NCBI RefSeq assembly: GCF_006345805.1
Contig: NC_043006.1
Coordinates: 18,910,001 to 18,974,000 of the forward strand
Direction: 5' to 3'
Length of the DNA stretch: 64,000 nt
DNA from: Octopus sinensis
Taxonomy: Eukaryota
The position numbers were made by a program, and so were the translations under genes. The notes under the pieces were generated by a model, which did no database searches, had not been told where the DNA came from, and saw nothing but the letters and a program-made list of their open reading frames with translations. Below, piece after piece: positions 50,740-62,519 of this stretch. Within the stretch, counting starts at the first letter, position 1, and each line of letters starts with the position of its first letter.

Positions 50740-51806
50740 AACAAAGAGGTATGTGTATGTGCGTGTATGTATATGTATCGTGTGTTTGTTTTGTTTGTAG
50801 TGTGTGTGTGTGTATGTGCGTGTTCGTGTGTGTATGCGTAGAGTTTGGGTGTGTGGCGAGTAACTGTGCTTAACTTAGTGTATGTGTGCGTGTGTGTGTA
50901 TATATATGTATGTATAAGTGTGTGCGTGTATGTATAATTGTGTGCCGTGTGTATGGGATGTATGTGTGGGTTCATTTGTGTGTGTGTGTGTATGTATGTG
51001 TGTGTAGTTGTGTGTGCGTGTATGTGTGCGTGTGTACGTATGTGTATGTGTGCGTGCGCATGTAGGCATATATTGTATGTATGCATGTGTCGGTGTGTAT
51101 GTGAATTTGTGTGTGTTTGTACGTGTGTATGTGTGTGTGCGTGTATTGTATATATATGTAAATGTGTGTGTGCGTGTGTGTGTGTACGTACGTGCGAGTG
51201 AATGTATATATATATGTGCGTGTGTGTACAAATGTAGAGGTTTATATGTGTGTTTATATGTTTATATGTGTGTATATATATGTAGGCAAGCACACACTTC
51301 ATAATTGAAAGATTGATGGAAAAAAAATTGGTGTGGGTGTATGTGAATCCACAGGTACACACACACACACACACTGACGCACGCCTGCAATACAGCCAAC
51401 CACATATGCATGTATGTATGTATGTATGTATGTATGTATGTATGTATGTATGTATGTATGTATGTGTGTGTGTATGTATGTATAATGTATGTATGTATGT
51501 ATGTACGTGTGTGTGAATGTATGTATTATGTATGTATGTATGTATGTATGTATCTATGTATGTGTGTGCATGTGTGTGTGTGTATGTGTGTGTGTGCATG
51601 TATGTATGTGTGTATGTATGTATGTATGTATGTGTGTGTATGTGTGTATGTATGTATGCATGTATGTATGTGAGTAAGTGTATATATTTGTATATGTATA
51701 TATATATATGTATATGTATATATGTATATATATATATGTATATATATATGTATATATATGTGTATATATATATACATATATACACATATATATACATATA
51801 TATACG

Positions 51807-51837
<31 letters not shown>

Positions 51838-51899
51838 ATATACATATATATACATATATATATATATATATGTATATATATGTATAATATGTACATGTA

Positions 51900-51930
<31 letters not shown>

Positions 51931-52026
51931 ATATATATATACATATGTATATATATATATATGTAAATATATATATATATGTATATATTATATATATGTA
52001 TATATATTATATATATATTATATATA

Positions 52027-52066
<40 letters not shown>

Positions 52067-52090
52067 TACATATATACATATATACCATCT
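50740..52090. repeat. Compound (TG)n/(TATG)n/(TA)n microsatellite block
   Basis: Direct reading; source of the 450-aa Y/I/H/T pseudo-ORF. Confidence 0.97.
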
Positions 52091-52329
52091 ATATATATTA
52101 GAAGGTTTGGAGATGATGTACAGGTATATATATTAGAAGAAATTAGGTAATCAGAAAACTGGATGGTTTTATATTTACAAATATTTATTAATATGTCACA
52201 CGTTTTTATAAATCAGATATATAATATATTAGTGCTTGCTAATATGAAAGATGTTTGTCAGCAGGAAAAGTTGTGATTGCAACGAATGTGAGCATTGAAA
52301 ACATTACTGTCAGAATTATTAATTAGACA

Positions 52330-53203
52330 CAGGAAGTGATATCACAATCATAAATGTGAAAATATGGGAACAAATGGGTAAACCAAAATTATGTAGTTCA
52401 AACAAAATAGCGTACGGTGTTACGGGAAGAAAATTATATTTGTAATATAATGCTGAAAGGTCGAACGCCAAAAGTAAATGTTTTCATGTTCTGAAAACAT
52501 CCATGAATTTATTTGGCACCGAATGTATGGAGAAAGTTAATTTATGGGATACACTCATAAGTGCTTTGTGCAATGGCGTAAACGGAGCAGTCAAATGATT
52601 AAAAAAGGTCAATGAACTAAAACGAAAAAAATGTGACGTGGAACATCGCGCATGAACTACCAGTAACTTTTGAAGACATAGAAAGAAATGTGTGAAATAA
52701 CAAATCTATTAATGAGACAATAAGAAAACTGTTGTCGATAAAATGAAATAAAGGTCTGATGCGAAGAACCACCAGTTTCGTATACTGGCCAAGCATGGAC
52801 GAGGAAGTTGAAAACCTGGTGAAAGGATGTAGAGGATGTGCGCTGGCAGCGAAACTATCAAATACAATGAACCTTGGTGGGGTAAATACAAGAAATTGAT
52901 TGTTAAATAAAAATGAAATTACAAGGGGAGATGTTGTATAGTGAAATTGTACACCTCTCCCAGTAAAGAAAAGTGGTAGTAGCCAGCTATTATAAATAGA
53001 CTAGTAGCCGGTCGACAAGGAGAAGGTCGAGTTAACGTGTAGACTGAGTTCATAGTCGTGTCTGTGATGATATAGTAATTATACTGTGATACTGAGTGGA
53101 TTTTATAACGATCCAACCTTTTGTAGATAATAACGCGGTAAAACTACTGAGGGTTGTACAGTGCCAGATAGAAGCATTCTATCGACGACTTCGGAATATA
53201 ACA
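52330..53203 (+). mobile_element. K02A2.6-like gypsy remnant: protease tail, integrase zinc-binding region, PPT and 3' LTR (52932-53203)
   Basis: NLFGTECMEKVNLWDTLIS; ELPVTFEDI; FVYWPSMDEEVENLVKGCRGCALAAK; PPT AAGGGGAGA then TGTTGTATA...TATAACA. Confidence 0.8.
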
Positions 53204-53232
53204 ATATCTGTCAGAGCGATAACTGTCGTCAG

Positions 53233-53617
53233 TGGAGGCGCAATGGCCCAGTGGTTAGGGCAGCGGACTCGCAGTCATAGGATCGCGGTTTCGATTCCCA
53301 GACCGGGCGTTGTGAGTGTTTATTGAGCGAAAACACCTAAAGCTCCACGAGGCTCCGGCAGGGGATGGTGGTGATCCCTGCTGTACTCTTTCACCACAAC
53401 TTTCTCTCACTCTTACTTCCTGTTTCTGTTGTACCTGTATTTCAAAGGGCCGGCCTTGTCACTCTCTGTGTCACGCTGAATATCCCCGAGAACTACGTTA
53501 AGGGTACACGTGTCTGTGGAGTGCTCAACCACTTACACGTTAATTTCACGAGCAGGCTGTTCCGTTGATTCGGATCAACCGGAACCCTCATCGTCGTAAC
53601 CGACGGAGTGCTTGCAT
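53233..53617 (+). mobile_element. SINE family A
   Basis: Full length; no clear TSD. Confidence 0.95.
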
Positions 53618-53930
53618 CCAACTTGTAAAGAGACCGCTTTACAAGAACGACCCAAGTACACCGTGAAAGTTAAATTGGTATCACATTCTCGACTAGGTCG
53701 AGTAGCTCGGATTAGGAAAGGTATGCTAGGAGCAAATTATACTAGTATTCAAGCCATATCAGTGTACAGAAAAGGCTAGTCAACATTAAGGGAAATGAAA
53801 AAGTGAGTGAGTTGACAGTTCTAAATTATTTTCGGCTATAATTAACAATAATACCTCCGACTACCTCTATCAAAGCAGCTGAGGTCACTTAGACAACAAA
53901 AGGATTAGACAATGCAGCCAATTCTTTTTA

Positions 53931-54575
53931 TCATCATCATCGTCATCATCATCATCAACATCATCGTCATCGTCATCATCATCATCATCATCATCGTCAT
54001 CATCATCGTCATCCTCCTCCTCCTCATCATCATCATCATCATCGTCATCATCAACGTCACCCTCCTCCTCCTCATCATCATCATCGTCATCCTCATCCTC
54101 CTCCTCATCATCATCATCGTCGTCCTCATCCTCCTCATCATCATCATCATCGTCATCATCAACGTCATCCTCCTCCTTATCATCATCATCATCGTCATCC
54201 TCCTCCTCCTCATCATCATCGTCATCCACCTCCTCATCATCATCATCGTCATCATCAACGTCATCCTCCTCCTCCTCATCATCAACGTCATCCTCCTCCT
54301 CCTCATCATCAACGTCATCCTCCTCCTCCTCCTCATCATCATCATCATCATCGTCATCTTCAACGTCATCCTCCTCCTCATCATCATCATCATCGTCATC
54401 CTCATCCTCCTCCTCATCATCATCATCGTCATCATCAACGTCATCCTCCTCCTCATCATCATCATCATCGTCATCAACATCCTCCTCCTCCTCATCATCA
54501 TCGTCATCGTCATCCTCCTCCTCATCATCATCCTCATCAACATCCTCCTCCTCCTCATCATCATCATCATCATCA
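53931..54575. repeat. (CAT/CCT/CGT)n trinucleotide array
   Basis: Trinucleotide phase is kept over about 640 bp. Confidence 0.95.
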
Positions 54576-55205
54576 TTTTGGGTTTAGTATATACTTTTTT
54601 CCAGCGATTCATGTAATCGGTTCTTTAGTAACTTCATTGTGTTTGGATATTCATTCGTTGTATGCTTGGTCGGTTCTTTTATGTTATTTTCTTCTTGTGC
54701 AAGATTAATTTATTTGATATGTTTGTGTCTCAGATGTGACTATTTCATTTACTCTGGGATATTTTCGTTTTCGTATGAAGTCCATCATCTTTATTTCCAG
54801 TGTTCGTTTGTTATTCGACATTTTTAGTCTCTATTTCCAGTCTCTATTCAATATAAAACTCTACACATTCTCTGGGGTATTTTGATTTGTTTCTCACTTT
54901 TACTTTTATTTATCTCCAGAACGCATGCATTGTTTTAATATTATTCGCACGATGACATCTATGAATATATATGAATGCAAAATGTCAATGTATTGTTTAT
55001 TATCTTTTCTTTTAATATTGTTTTCTATTGGTGGATATAAGCAGGACGATGTGGGCCATATGTTTTTGTCAACTTTTGAGAGTTCGCCACTTCTACATCG
55101 CGGTTTATATTAGATTCGTATCAAGTATGTACTGAATTCGTACTATGGAAACTATTGTAAACGGCAGCCCTATAAGTATGAGGTTTATCTATTTTTTTTT
55201 ATAAA

Positions 55206-55611
55206 GGCGCAGGAGTGGCTGTGTGGTAAGTAGCTTGCTAACCAACCACATGGTTCCGGGTTCAGTCCCACTGCGTGGCATCTTGGGAAAGTGTCTTCTG
55301 CTATAGCCCCGGCCGGCCCGACCAATGCCTTGTGAGTTGTGATGGATTTGGTAGACGGAAACTGAAAGAAGCCTGTCGTATATATGCATGTATATATAAG
55401 TGTGTGTGTATATGTTTGTGTGTCTGTGTTTGCCCCCCTAACATTGCTTGACAACCGATGCTGGTGTGTTTACGTCCCCGTCACTTAGCGATTCGGCAAA
55501 AGAGACCGATAGAGTAAGTACTGGGCTTACAAAGAATAAGTCCCGGGGTCGATTTGCTCGACTAAAGGTTGGTCAGCAAGCTACTTACCACACAGCCACT
55601 CTTCCGCCTAT
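55206..55611 (+). mobile_element. SINE B, 3'-truncated and fused to an inverted SINE B head
   Basis: B sequence runs to ACTAAAGG (55568), then the reverse complement of the head follows to about 55611. Confidence 0.88.
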
Positions 55612-55739
55612 GTTCATTTTGTTCTTATTCGGGAATTTATTGTATGATTTCTGATATCGTCAAGCTTTTTTAAGCGGCTTGATGCATTTTGAAGAACATT
55701 CCGCTACAGCTGAAATGTAATCAGATTCTCTCGCCGATA

Positions 55740-55966
55740 AGGCGGCGATCTGGCAGAAACGTTAGCACGTCGGGCGAAATGCTTAGCAGTCTGTCGTTAC
55801 GTTCTGAGTTCAAATTCCGTCGAGGTCGACTTTACCTTTCATCCTTTCGGGTTCGATAAATTAAGCACCAGTTACGCACTGGGGTCGATGTAATCGACTT
55901 AATACCTATGTCTGTCCTTGTTTGTCCCCTCTATGTTTAGCCTCTTGTGGGTAATAAAGAAATAGG
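55740..55966 (+). mobile_element. SINE family C monomer
   Basis: 14-bp TSD TTCTCTCGCCGATA (55726-55739 and 55967-55980) defines the 3' end AAGAAATAGG. Confidence 0.95.
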
Positions 55967-55990
55967 TTCTCTCGCCGATACTGTGTAGGT

Positions 55991-56171
55991 CAGTGCTTTT
56001 CAAACTTTTTGCTGGAGCGGAACCCCAAGGAAACATTCCACTGGCTCGAGGAACCCCCGTGCAATAATTTTATAGTCTTTTGCACACATATCTGCACAGG
56101 ATAATTAAAAATTACTGCCGATCTTAGCAGTTTTGTAACTTCTTGCGGAACCCCTGGACTGTACTGGCGGA
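55991..56171 (+). mobile_element. hAT/Charlie-type MITE, one end only
   Basis: Terminus CAGTGCTTTTCAAACTTTT and GCGGAACCCC subterminal motifs; no matching right TIR. Confidence 0.6.
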
Positions 56172-56267
56172 GTGAAGTGACGTCTTTTGTATTTGTCTTG
56201 TATTTATTTCTACATAAACTCCTTTTTACTTTTTCCTCATTTTACATAACGTTGTATCTTCAAATTG

Positions 56268-56528
56268 TGGAGGCGCAATGGCCAAGTGGTTAGGGCAGCG
56301 GACTCGCGGTCATAGGATCGCGGTTTCGATTCCCAGACCGGGCGTTGTGAGTGTTTATTGAGCGAAAAAACCTAAAGCTCCACGACGCTCCGGCAGGGAT
56401 GGTGGTGATCCCTGCTGTACTCTTTCACCACAACTTTCTCTCACTCTTACTTCCTGTTTCTGTTGTACCTGTATTTCAAAGGGCTGGCCTTGTCACTCTC
56501 TGTGTCACTCTGAATATCCCCGAGAACT
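56268..56528 (+). mobile_element. SINE family A, 3'-truncated
   Basis: Matches family A up to CCCGAGAACTA. Confidence 0.92.
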
Positions 56529-56849
56529 ATCGGATACAACGTGAGAATGCTTCATTTTTAAAAAAAAGGAGCAGATAAAAAACATAATCAGCGACAACGT
56601 TACTTGCAGGGCCACTGTTTACAATTTACAATCGTTCTCCACATGTGTAACCAGTTATGTTGATCTAACTTTCTCTTTCAAGCAATTTAAACTTAAGACC
56701 TATGTCTGTGTTGCCAAGCTCATTATTTTGGTTTCTTTCTTCCATTCCCTCTTCTTTCTCTGTAGCCAGCTGCATTTTTCAGCCCTTATAGCTTTTGCAT
56801 CTCCTTCAAAGTTTGATTTGATTCTTCATAAATGTTTCTCTTTATATTT

Positions 56850-57043
56850 TCATCATCATCATCATCTTTTTCTTCATGATCATCATCGTCATCATCTTTT
56901 TTCTTCACCATCTTCTTTTTCTTTCTTTCTTTCTTCCTCGTCTTCTTCTTCTTCTTCTTCTTCTTCTTCTTCTTCTTCTTCTTCTTCTTCTTCTTCTTCT
57001 TTTCTTCTTCTTCTTCTTCTTCTTCTTCTTCATCAGTGTAACT

Positions 57044-57079
<36 letters not shown>

Positions 57080-57257
57080 TTCTTCATCTTTTTCTTCATG
57101 ATCATCATCGTCATCATCTTTTCTCTTCACCATCTTCTTTTTCTTTCTTTCTTTCTTCCTCGTCTTCTTCTTCTTCTTCTTCTTTTTCTTCTTCTTCTTC
57201 TTCTTTTTCTTCTTCTTCTTCTTCTTCTTCTTCTTCTTCTTCTTCATCAGTGTAACT

Positions 57258-57293
<36 letters not shown>

Positions 57294-57805
57294 TTCTTCA
57301 TCTTTTTCTTCATGATCATCATCGTCATCATCTTTTTTCTTCACCATCTTCTTTTTGTTTCCTTCTTTCTTCCTCGTCTTCTTCTTTTTCTTTCTTTCTT
57401 TCTTCCTCGTCTTCTTCTTCTTCTTCTTCTTCTTCTTTTCTTCTTCTTTTTCTTCTTCTTCTTCAGTGTAACCATCATCATCATCATCATCTTCTTCATC
57501 TTTTTCTTCATGATCATCATCACCTTTTTCTTTCTTCTTCATCATCATCATAATCATCTTCTTTTTCTTTCCTTCTTTCTTTTACTTCTTCTTTATTATC
57601 ATCATCTTTTTCTTTCTTCTTCATCAGCATCTTCGTCTTCTTCATCTTTTTCTTACTTCATCATCATCATCATCTACTCCCACCAAGTTCTTGCTCTACT
57701 TCTTCCCACAACGATGACCACCACCACCACCACCACCATTCTTCTTTTTCCTCTTCCCCTTCTTCCTCTTCTTCTTCCCCTTCTTCTCCTTCTCCACTCC
57801 TCCTC

Positions 57806-57850
<45 letters not shown>
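56850..57850. repeat. (TTC/CAT)n-based minisatellite with a higher-order unit of about 215 bp
   Basis: Marker CAGTGTAAC recurs near 57034, 57248 and 57465; the block ends in (CAC)n and (ATT)n. Confidence 0.9.
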
Positions 57851-57852
<2 letters not shown>

Positions 57853-57854
<2 letters not shown>

Positions 57855-59440
57855 TTTAAAAGGATTGCCGTAACTCTTCACAAAGGTAAACAGTTAAGAC
57901 GAAGAGCACGATTCTATTGTAATAGATATTTTATAGGTTGACCGATATTTCGACAGTAAGCCTGTCTTTGTCAAGTTCAAAATAAGAAGTGATAAAAATT
58001 CAAAATTATAGAAACTTAAATTTAAACTATGAACGAGAGCAACCAGCGTCCACACGTTGATGGAATGACACCATCAGTCTTTACGCTTCAATTTTATAAC
58101 AGGTGAAATGAAAAAGAGAGAGAAAGTAACAGAAAAATAGGACAGTAAAAGAGAAAAATGGTAAAGAACATTTAATCAAACAGTTTTGTATAAATTTCAT
58201 GATTTTCTCCTGTTATTTTATTCATTCCTCCAGGGTGTAATGTCAACCCGCAAACATATTTCTCCTCATGCATTCTGAGAAGTGAAAGTTAACCAAATTC
58301 AGAATATTTTCTGAGAATATGCACTTCCAAGTCTTCTTCAAGATTGCGGCCGCTTGAAATGAAATGTTCAACAAGTTCTGTCAAAGTACTGTTATTGTGC
58401 CTGACGTCAAATCTGTGCCTTTTAAACCTTTTGTTTAATTGTTCTGTTGTACAACCAACATAAATCAAGTTGTGTTTTGTGCATTCAAAAGTAATTTTTG
58501 AAAAAAACAACACGTAAATTTTATGTCGGACTTAAAACCTTAGTATTTAGCATAACAGTCACAGAAATGCAAGAAGTCCATTAAATTATCCTTTGATCTT
58601 TCCCAGACAAAAACGACATCATCAATGAACCGTAACCAGAATATTGACCCGTGATCATGAAGAGATTTGAATGCCTTCAGTAACTCTGTCTCGAATTTTG
58701 TCATGAAGATATTAGCGAAATTAACTGGCATGCTGTACCTATGGCGCAACCCTTCGTCTGGTGGTAAAATCTTTGTCTAAACTTCATGGTGTTACTTCGT
58801 AACACAAACCTCAATATTCTACAAAGAAAATTTGATGGAACACTTATGTTTGAAAGCTTTTCGAAGGCATCCGTGCATGCTTCTTCCCATTCATCGTGGT
58901 CAATATTGGGATATAAGGAAGAAATATCCATGGTTACCAAAAACATTTTCTCGACATGGCCTCGGTGATTAAAAAAGTTGTTAATTTGAGATACAAAATC
59001 AAAAGTATCTCGAATATGGGAACTTGATCTTTTTGCGACAGGGAGTAGACAGCAATCCAGCCCTTCCGAAATCTTGGCCGTATATCATTCATAACCGCTG
59101 CAATTAAGGGTTATTGGAGGAAATCTTTCGAAAATTGTGTATTTTAGGGAGACCATAAAATACAGGAGTTCTTTCTGGCCATCAAATCCTGGATACGGCT
59201 TCATTAATGAAAATGGTTTACTCCATTTCCAGAATTATTTTGTCAAGTTCCTCTTTGTAATTGGGGTTTGGATCGACAGGTAATTCTACATACGAAGTTT
59301 TGTCATTTAAAACTTCTTCACAAGCCGAAATATACTCACTTTTGTCCATAATTACGATAGCGCCTTCCTTATCCACCATTTTGATAACAATAGAATCGTT
59401 ATTAGCTAGACGCCGGAGTTTGTGAGGCTATTCCAGGACT
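57853..59440 (-). mobile_element. Penelope-like element: RT + GIY-YIG + pseudo-LTR, thumb region deleted
   Basis: DKEGAIVIMDKSEYI, YGLPKIH, VTMDISSLYPNIDH, QTKGCAIG, WLRFIDDV, then NLIYVGCTTEQLNKRFKRHRFD. Confidence 0.9.
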
Positions 59441-59630
59441 TCTTTCCATTTGAAAAATGAAGAAAGTAAATAAGGAAATGTAAGAATATGTAATCAAACA
59501 GTTTCGTATAAATTTGATGATATTACCCTATCGTTTTATCCATTCCTCCAGGGGCGTGATGTTGATAACCCGCAAATATATTTCTCTCCATCCATTCTGA
59601 TCATCCACATCATATTATTCGGTCAAATTC

Positions 59631-60545
59631 GAAATACTAATTTTTGAGAATAAAAAGGATTTTTACTGACAGAGGGGATTACTGGAATCATGCAAATGCT
59701 TTTGTACATCATTATATCAAAGGCAGTTACAGTGAATCACGATTGAAGGAAATAGCAAATGAAATAGCCAAGACTGGTAAAGATAGTCAAACCTTCACGC
59801 GTAATTTTAGCAAACACGATAAGACTCCTTAGTGATTAACTGGCACCGAAATTTCTCTGGCATTTGAAAAATGTTGCATGAAAGTTACTAGCATGTGGCG
59901 AAAAACTATCCTCGTTTTAAACAGATATTTCCTCAGCCGCCTATTATAGCCTTTAGGCAGAATAAGAATATACGAGAATTATTGACCTCTCTTTCTGACT
60001 TCAAGAAAACGAACATTGGGGCATCTGCACGCTGTATCTTCAAAAACAGCAGCAAGAGAAGTAAGTCCTCTTCATTGTGCAACAATATGAGTCAAGTGAA
60101 TTCCATCAGGACTCATGACAGAAATGTTATGATTTATACAGAAGGTGGTTTTACAACAAAACAATTAAACAAAAGATTTAATGGGCACAGATTCGACGCC
60201 AGGCACTATAACAATAGCTCGACAGAACTTACCGAACATTTCGTTTCAAACGGTTGCAATTTTGAAAGTGCATATTCACAGAGAATATTTTGAATCTGCT
60301 TCACTTATACTTCCAAAGTTATTGATGTCATTCAATCAATGTGTGGACGCTGATTTCTCTCGTTCATACTTTGAATTTAAATTTCTATAATTTTGAATTT
60401 TTATAACTTCTTATTTTGAACTTGGCGTAGATAAACTTACTGTCGAAATATCGTTCAACCAATAAAATATATATTACAATCGAATCGCGCTCGTTGTCTT
60501 GAATGTTTACCTTTGTGAAGAGTTACGTCAATCATTTTAAAATAT
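59631..60545 (+). mobile_element. Inverted PLE 3' portion: thumb, linker, partial GIY-YIG and pseudo-LTR
   Basis: RIKRIFTD..., FPQPPIIAFRQNKNIRELL, TTKQLNKRFNGHRFD; 60325-60545 is an inverted homologue of about 57853-58075. Confidence 0.85.
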
Positions 60546-60865
60546 CAAAATCAAGTACATTGAGATGATTGATTTTAGGGTAGACAGAATAAGAATTGTA
60601 TCATTTAAAAATTCTGGAAGTTACCAATGTCTAAGGAAAATCATATTGTAAATTATAGCTTTTGCGTTTTATTCCTTCTTACATTTGGCTTCTCAGCTCT
60701 GTTAGTTTCGCTAGAACCTAGTGTTGAGCCCAACCCATGAGCCAATGGATTTGTACCATTGAAATACGAATCAGAAATTGAGAAATCGACATTTCTATCA
60801 GTTAAAAAAATCGTTTTCGTGCTAAAATCAAAAGCCATTATCATTTCTGGAATCATGTATATATA

Positions 60866-60965
60866 NNNNNNNNNNNNNNNNNNNNNNNNNNNNNNNNNNN
60901 NNNNNNNNNNNNNNNNNNNNNNNNNNNNNNNNNNNNNNNNNNNNNNNNNNNNNNNNNNNNNNNNN
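60866..60965. other. Assembly gap (100 N)
   Basis: Run of N. Confidence 1.
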
Positions 60966-61850
60966 GAATTATTGACCTCTCTTTCTGACTTCAAGAAACG
61001 AACATTGGGGCATCTGCACGATATATCTTCAAAAACAGCTGCAAGAGAAGTAAGTCCTCTTCATGTGCAAACAATATGAGTCAAGTGATTCCATCAGGAC
61101 TCCTGACAGAAATGTTATGATTTACAGAAGGTGGGTACAACAAAAACAATTAAACAAAGATTTAATGGGCACAGATTCGACGTCAGGCACTATAACAATA
61201 GCTCGACAGAACTTACGAACATTTCGTTTCAAACGGTTGCAATTTTGAAAGTGCATATCACAGAGAATATTTGAATCTGCTTCACTTATACTTCCAAAGT
61301 TATTGATGTCATTCAATCAATGTGTGGACGCTGATTTCTCTCGTTCATACTTTGAATTTAAATTTCTATAATTTTGAATTTTATAACTTCTTATTTTGAA
61401 CTTGGCGTAGATAAACTTTACTGTCGAAATATCGTTCAACCAATAAAATATATATTACAATAGAATCGCGCTCGTTGTCTTGAATGTTTACCTTTGTGAA
61501 GAGTTACGTCAATCATTTTTAAAATATCAAAATCAAGTACATTGAGATGATTGATTTTAGGGTTAGACAGAATAAGAATTGTATCATTTAAAAATTCTGG
61601 AAGTTACCAATGTCTAAGGAAAATCATATTGTAAATTATAGCTTTTGCGTTTTATTCCTTCTTACATTTGGCTTCTCAGCTCTGTTAGTTTCGCTAGAAC
61701 CTAGTGTTGAGCCCAACCCATGAGCCAATGGATTTTGTACCATTGAAATACGAATCAGAAATTGAGAAATCGACATTTCTATCAGTTAAAAAAATCGTTT
61801 TCGTGCTAAAATCAAAAGCCATTTATCATTTCTGGAATCATGTATATATA
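60966..61850 (+). other. Probable false duplication of 59976-60865 across the gap
   Basis: Near-identical copy differing mainly by 1-bp indels, often in homopolymers. Confidence 0.8.
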
Positions 61851-62183
61851 TATATGTGTATATATATATGCATATATATTCTATTATTTATAATATAAGT
61901 GTAAATAATTATTAATTTAAAAATTATATTATTAATAATAGAATTATATTATTATAAAATTATATTATTAATAATAGAATTTTTCACTCCCTTATAACAA
62001 ACCACAGTTCTCTTTCTGCGTTACTATTTTTGTAACACACTTGGTGATCTTTGAGGGAAAATACGAATTCATTCGTCTATATGGATATGGTTTGTGCTGA
62101 CTCCGATCGTGTGACTCCGATGGTGATGGTTGGGATGCAAGAGGTAGGTATATAGCATTTGCAAATCTATTATTTAATGGAAT

Positions 62184-62242
62184 GTTGTCCTGAAGACGGG
62201 AATAAGTTCTTTATAATTCTAACCCAGAAACGCGTCCACAAC
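62184..62242 (+). ncRNA. Orphan minimal hammerhead-like motif
   Basis: GTTGT-C-CTGAAGA-C-GGG...CCC-A-GAAA-CGCGT-C-C-ACAAC: canonical core, palindromic stem III ACGCGT, GUC triplet. Confidence 0.55.
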
Positions 62243-62455
62243 TGACCGAAAACTGTTTGTTTTCTTTATTTTTCCTTCTTTTTGCGTATGTGAGTTGCAA
62301 GTAAATGTTATATGCGGAGAGATATTTGTAGAAAATAGAAATAAGCGGTCTTTGACTGCTATTTCTAAATTTTTGGTATGTGGCTAAGCAAGTTGTTGCT
62401 TAACCCTATCTATTCGTATATAAATATATATATAAAAAGAACTTTTTGTATATGC

Positions 62456-62519
<64 letters not shown>

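Noticed and set aside
50736-52088. 450-aa ORF and other long Y/I/H/T, MYVC, poly-M/R, poly-I/L and poly-K/E ORFs in the track
   Set aside because: They lie wholly in di-, tri- or tetranucleotide repeats that simply lack stop codons; no domain content.
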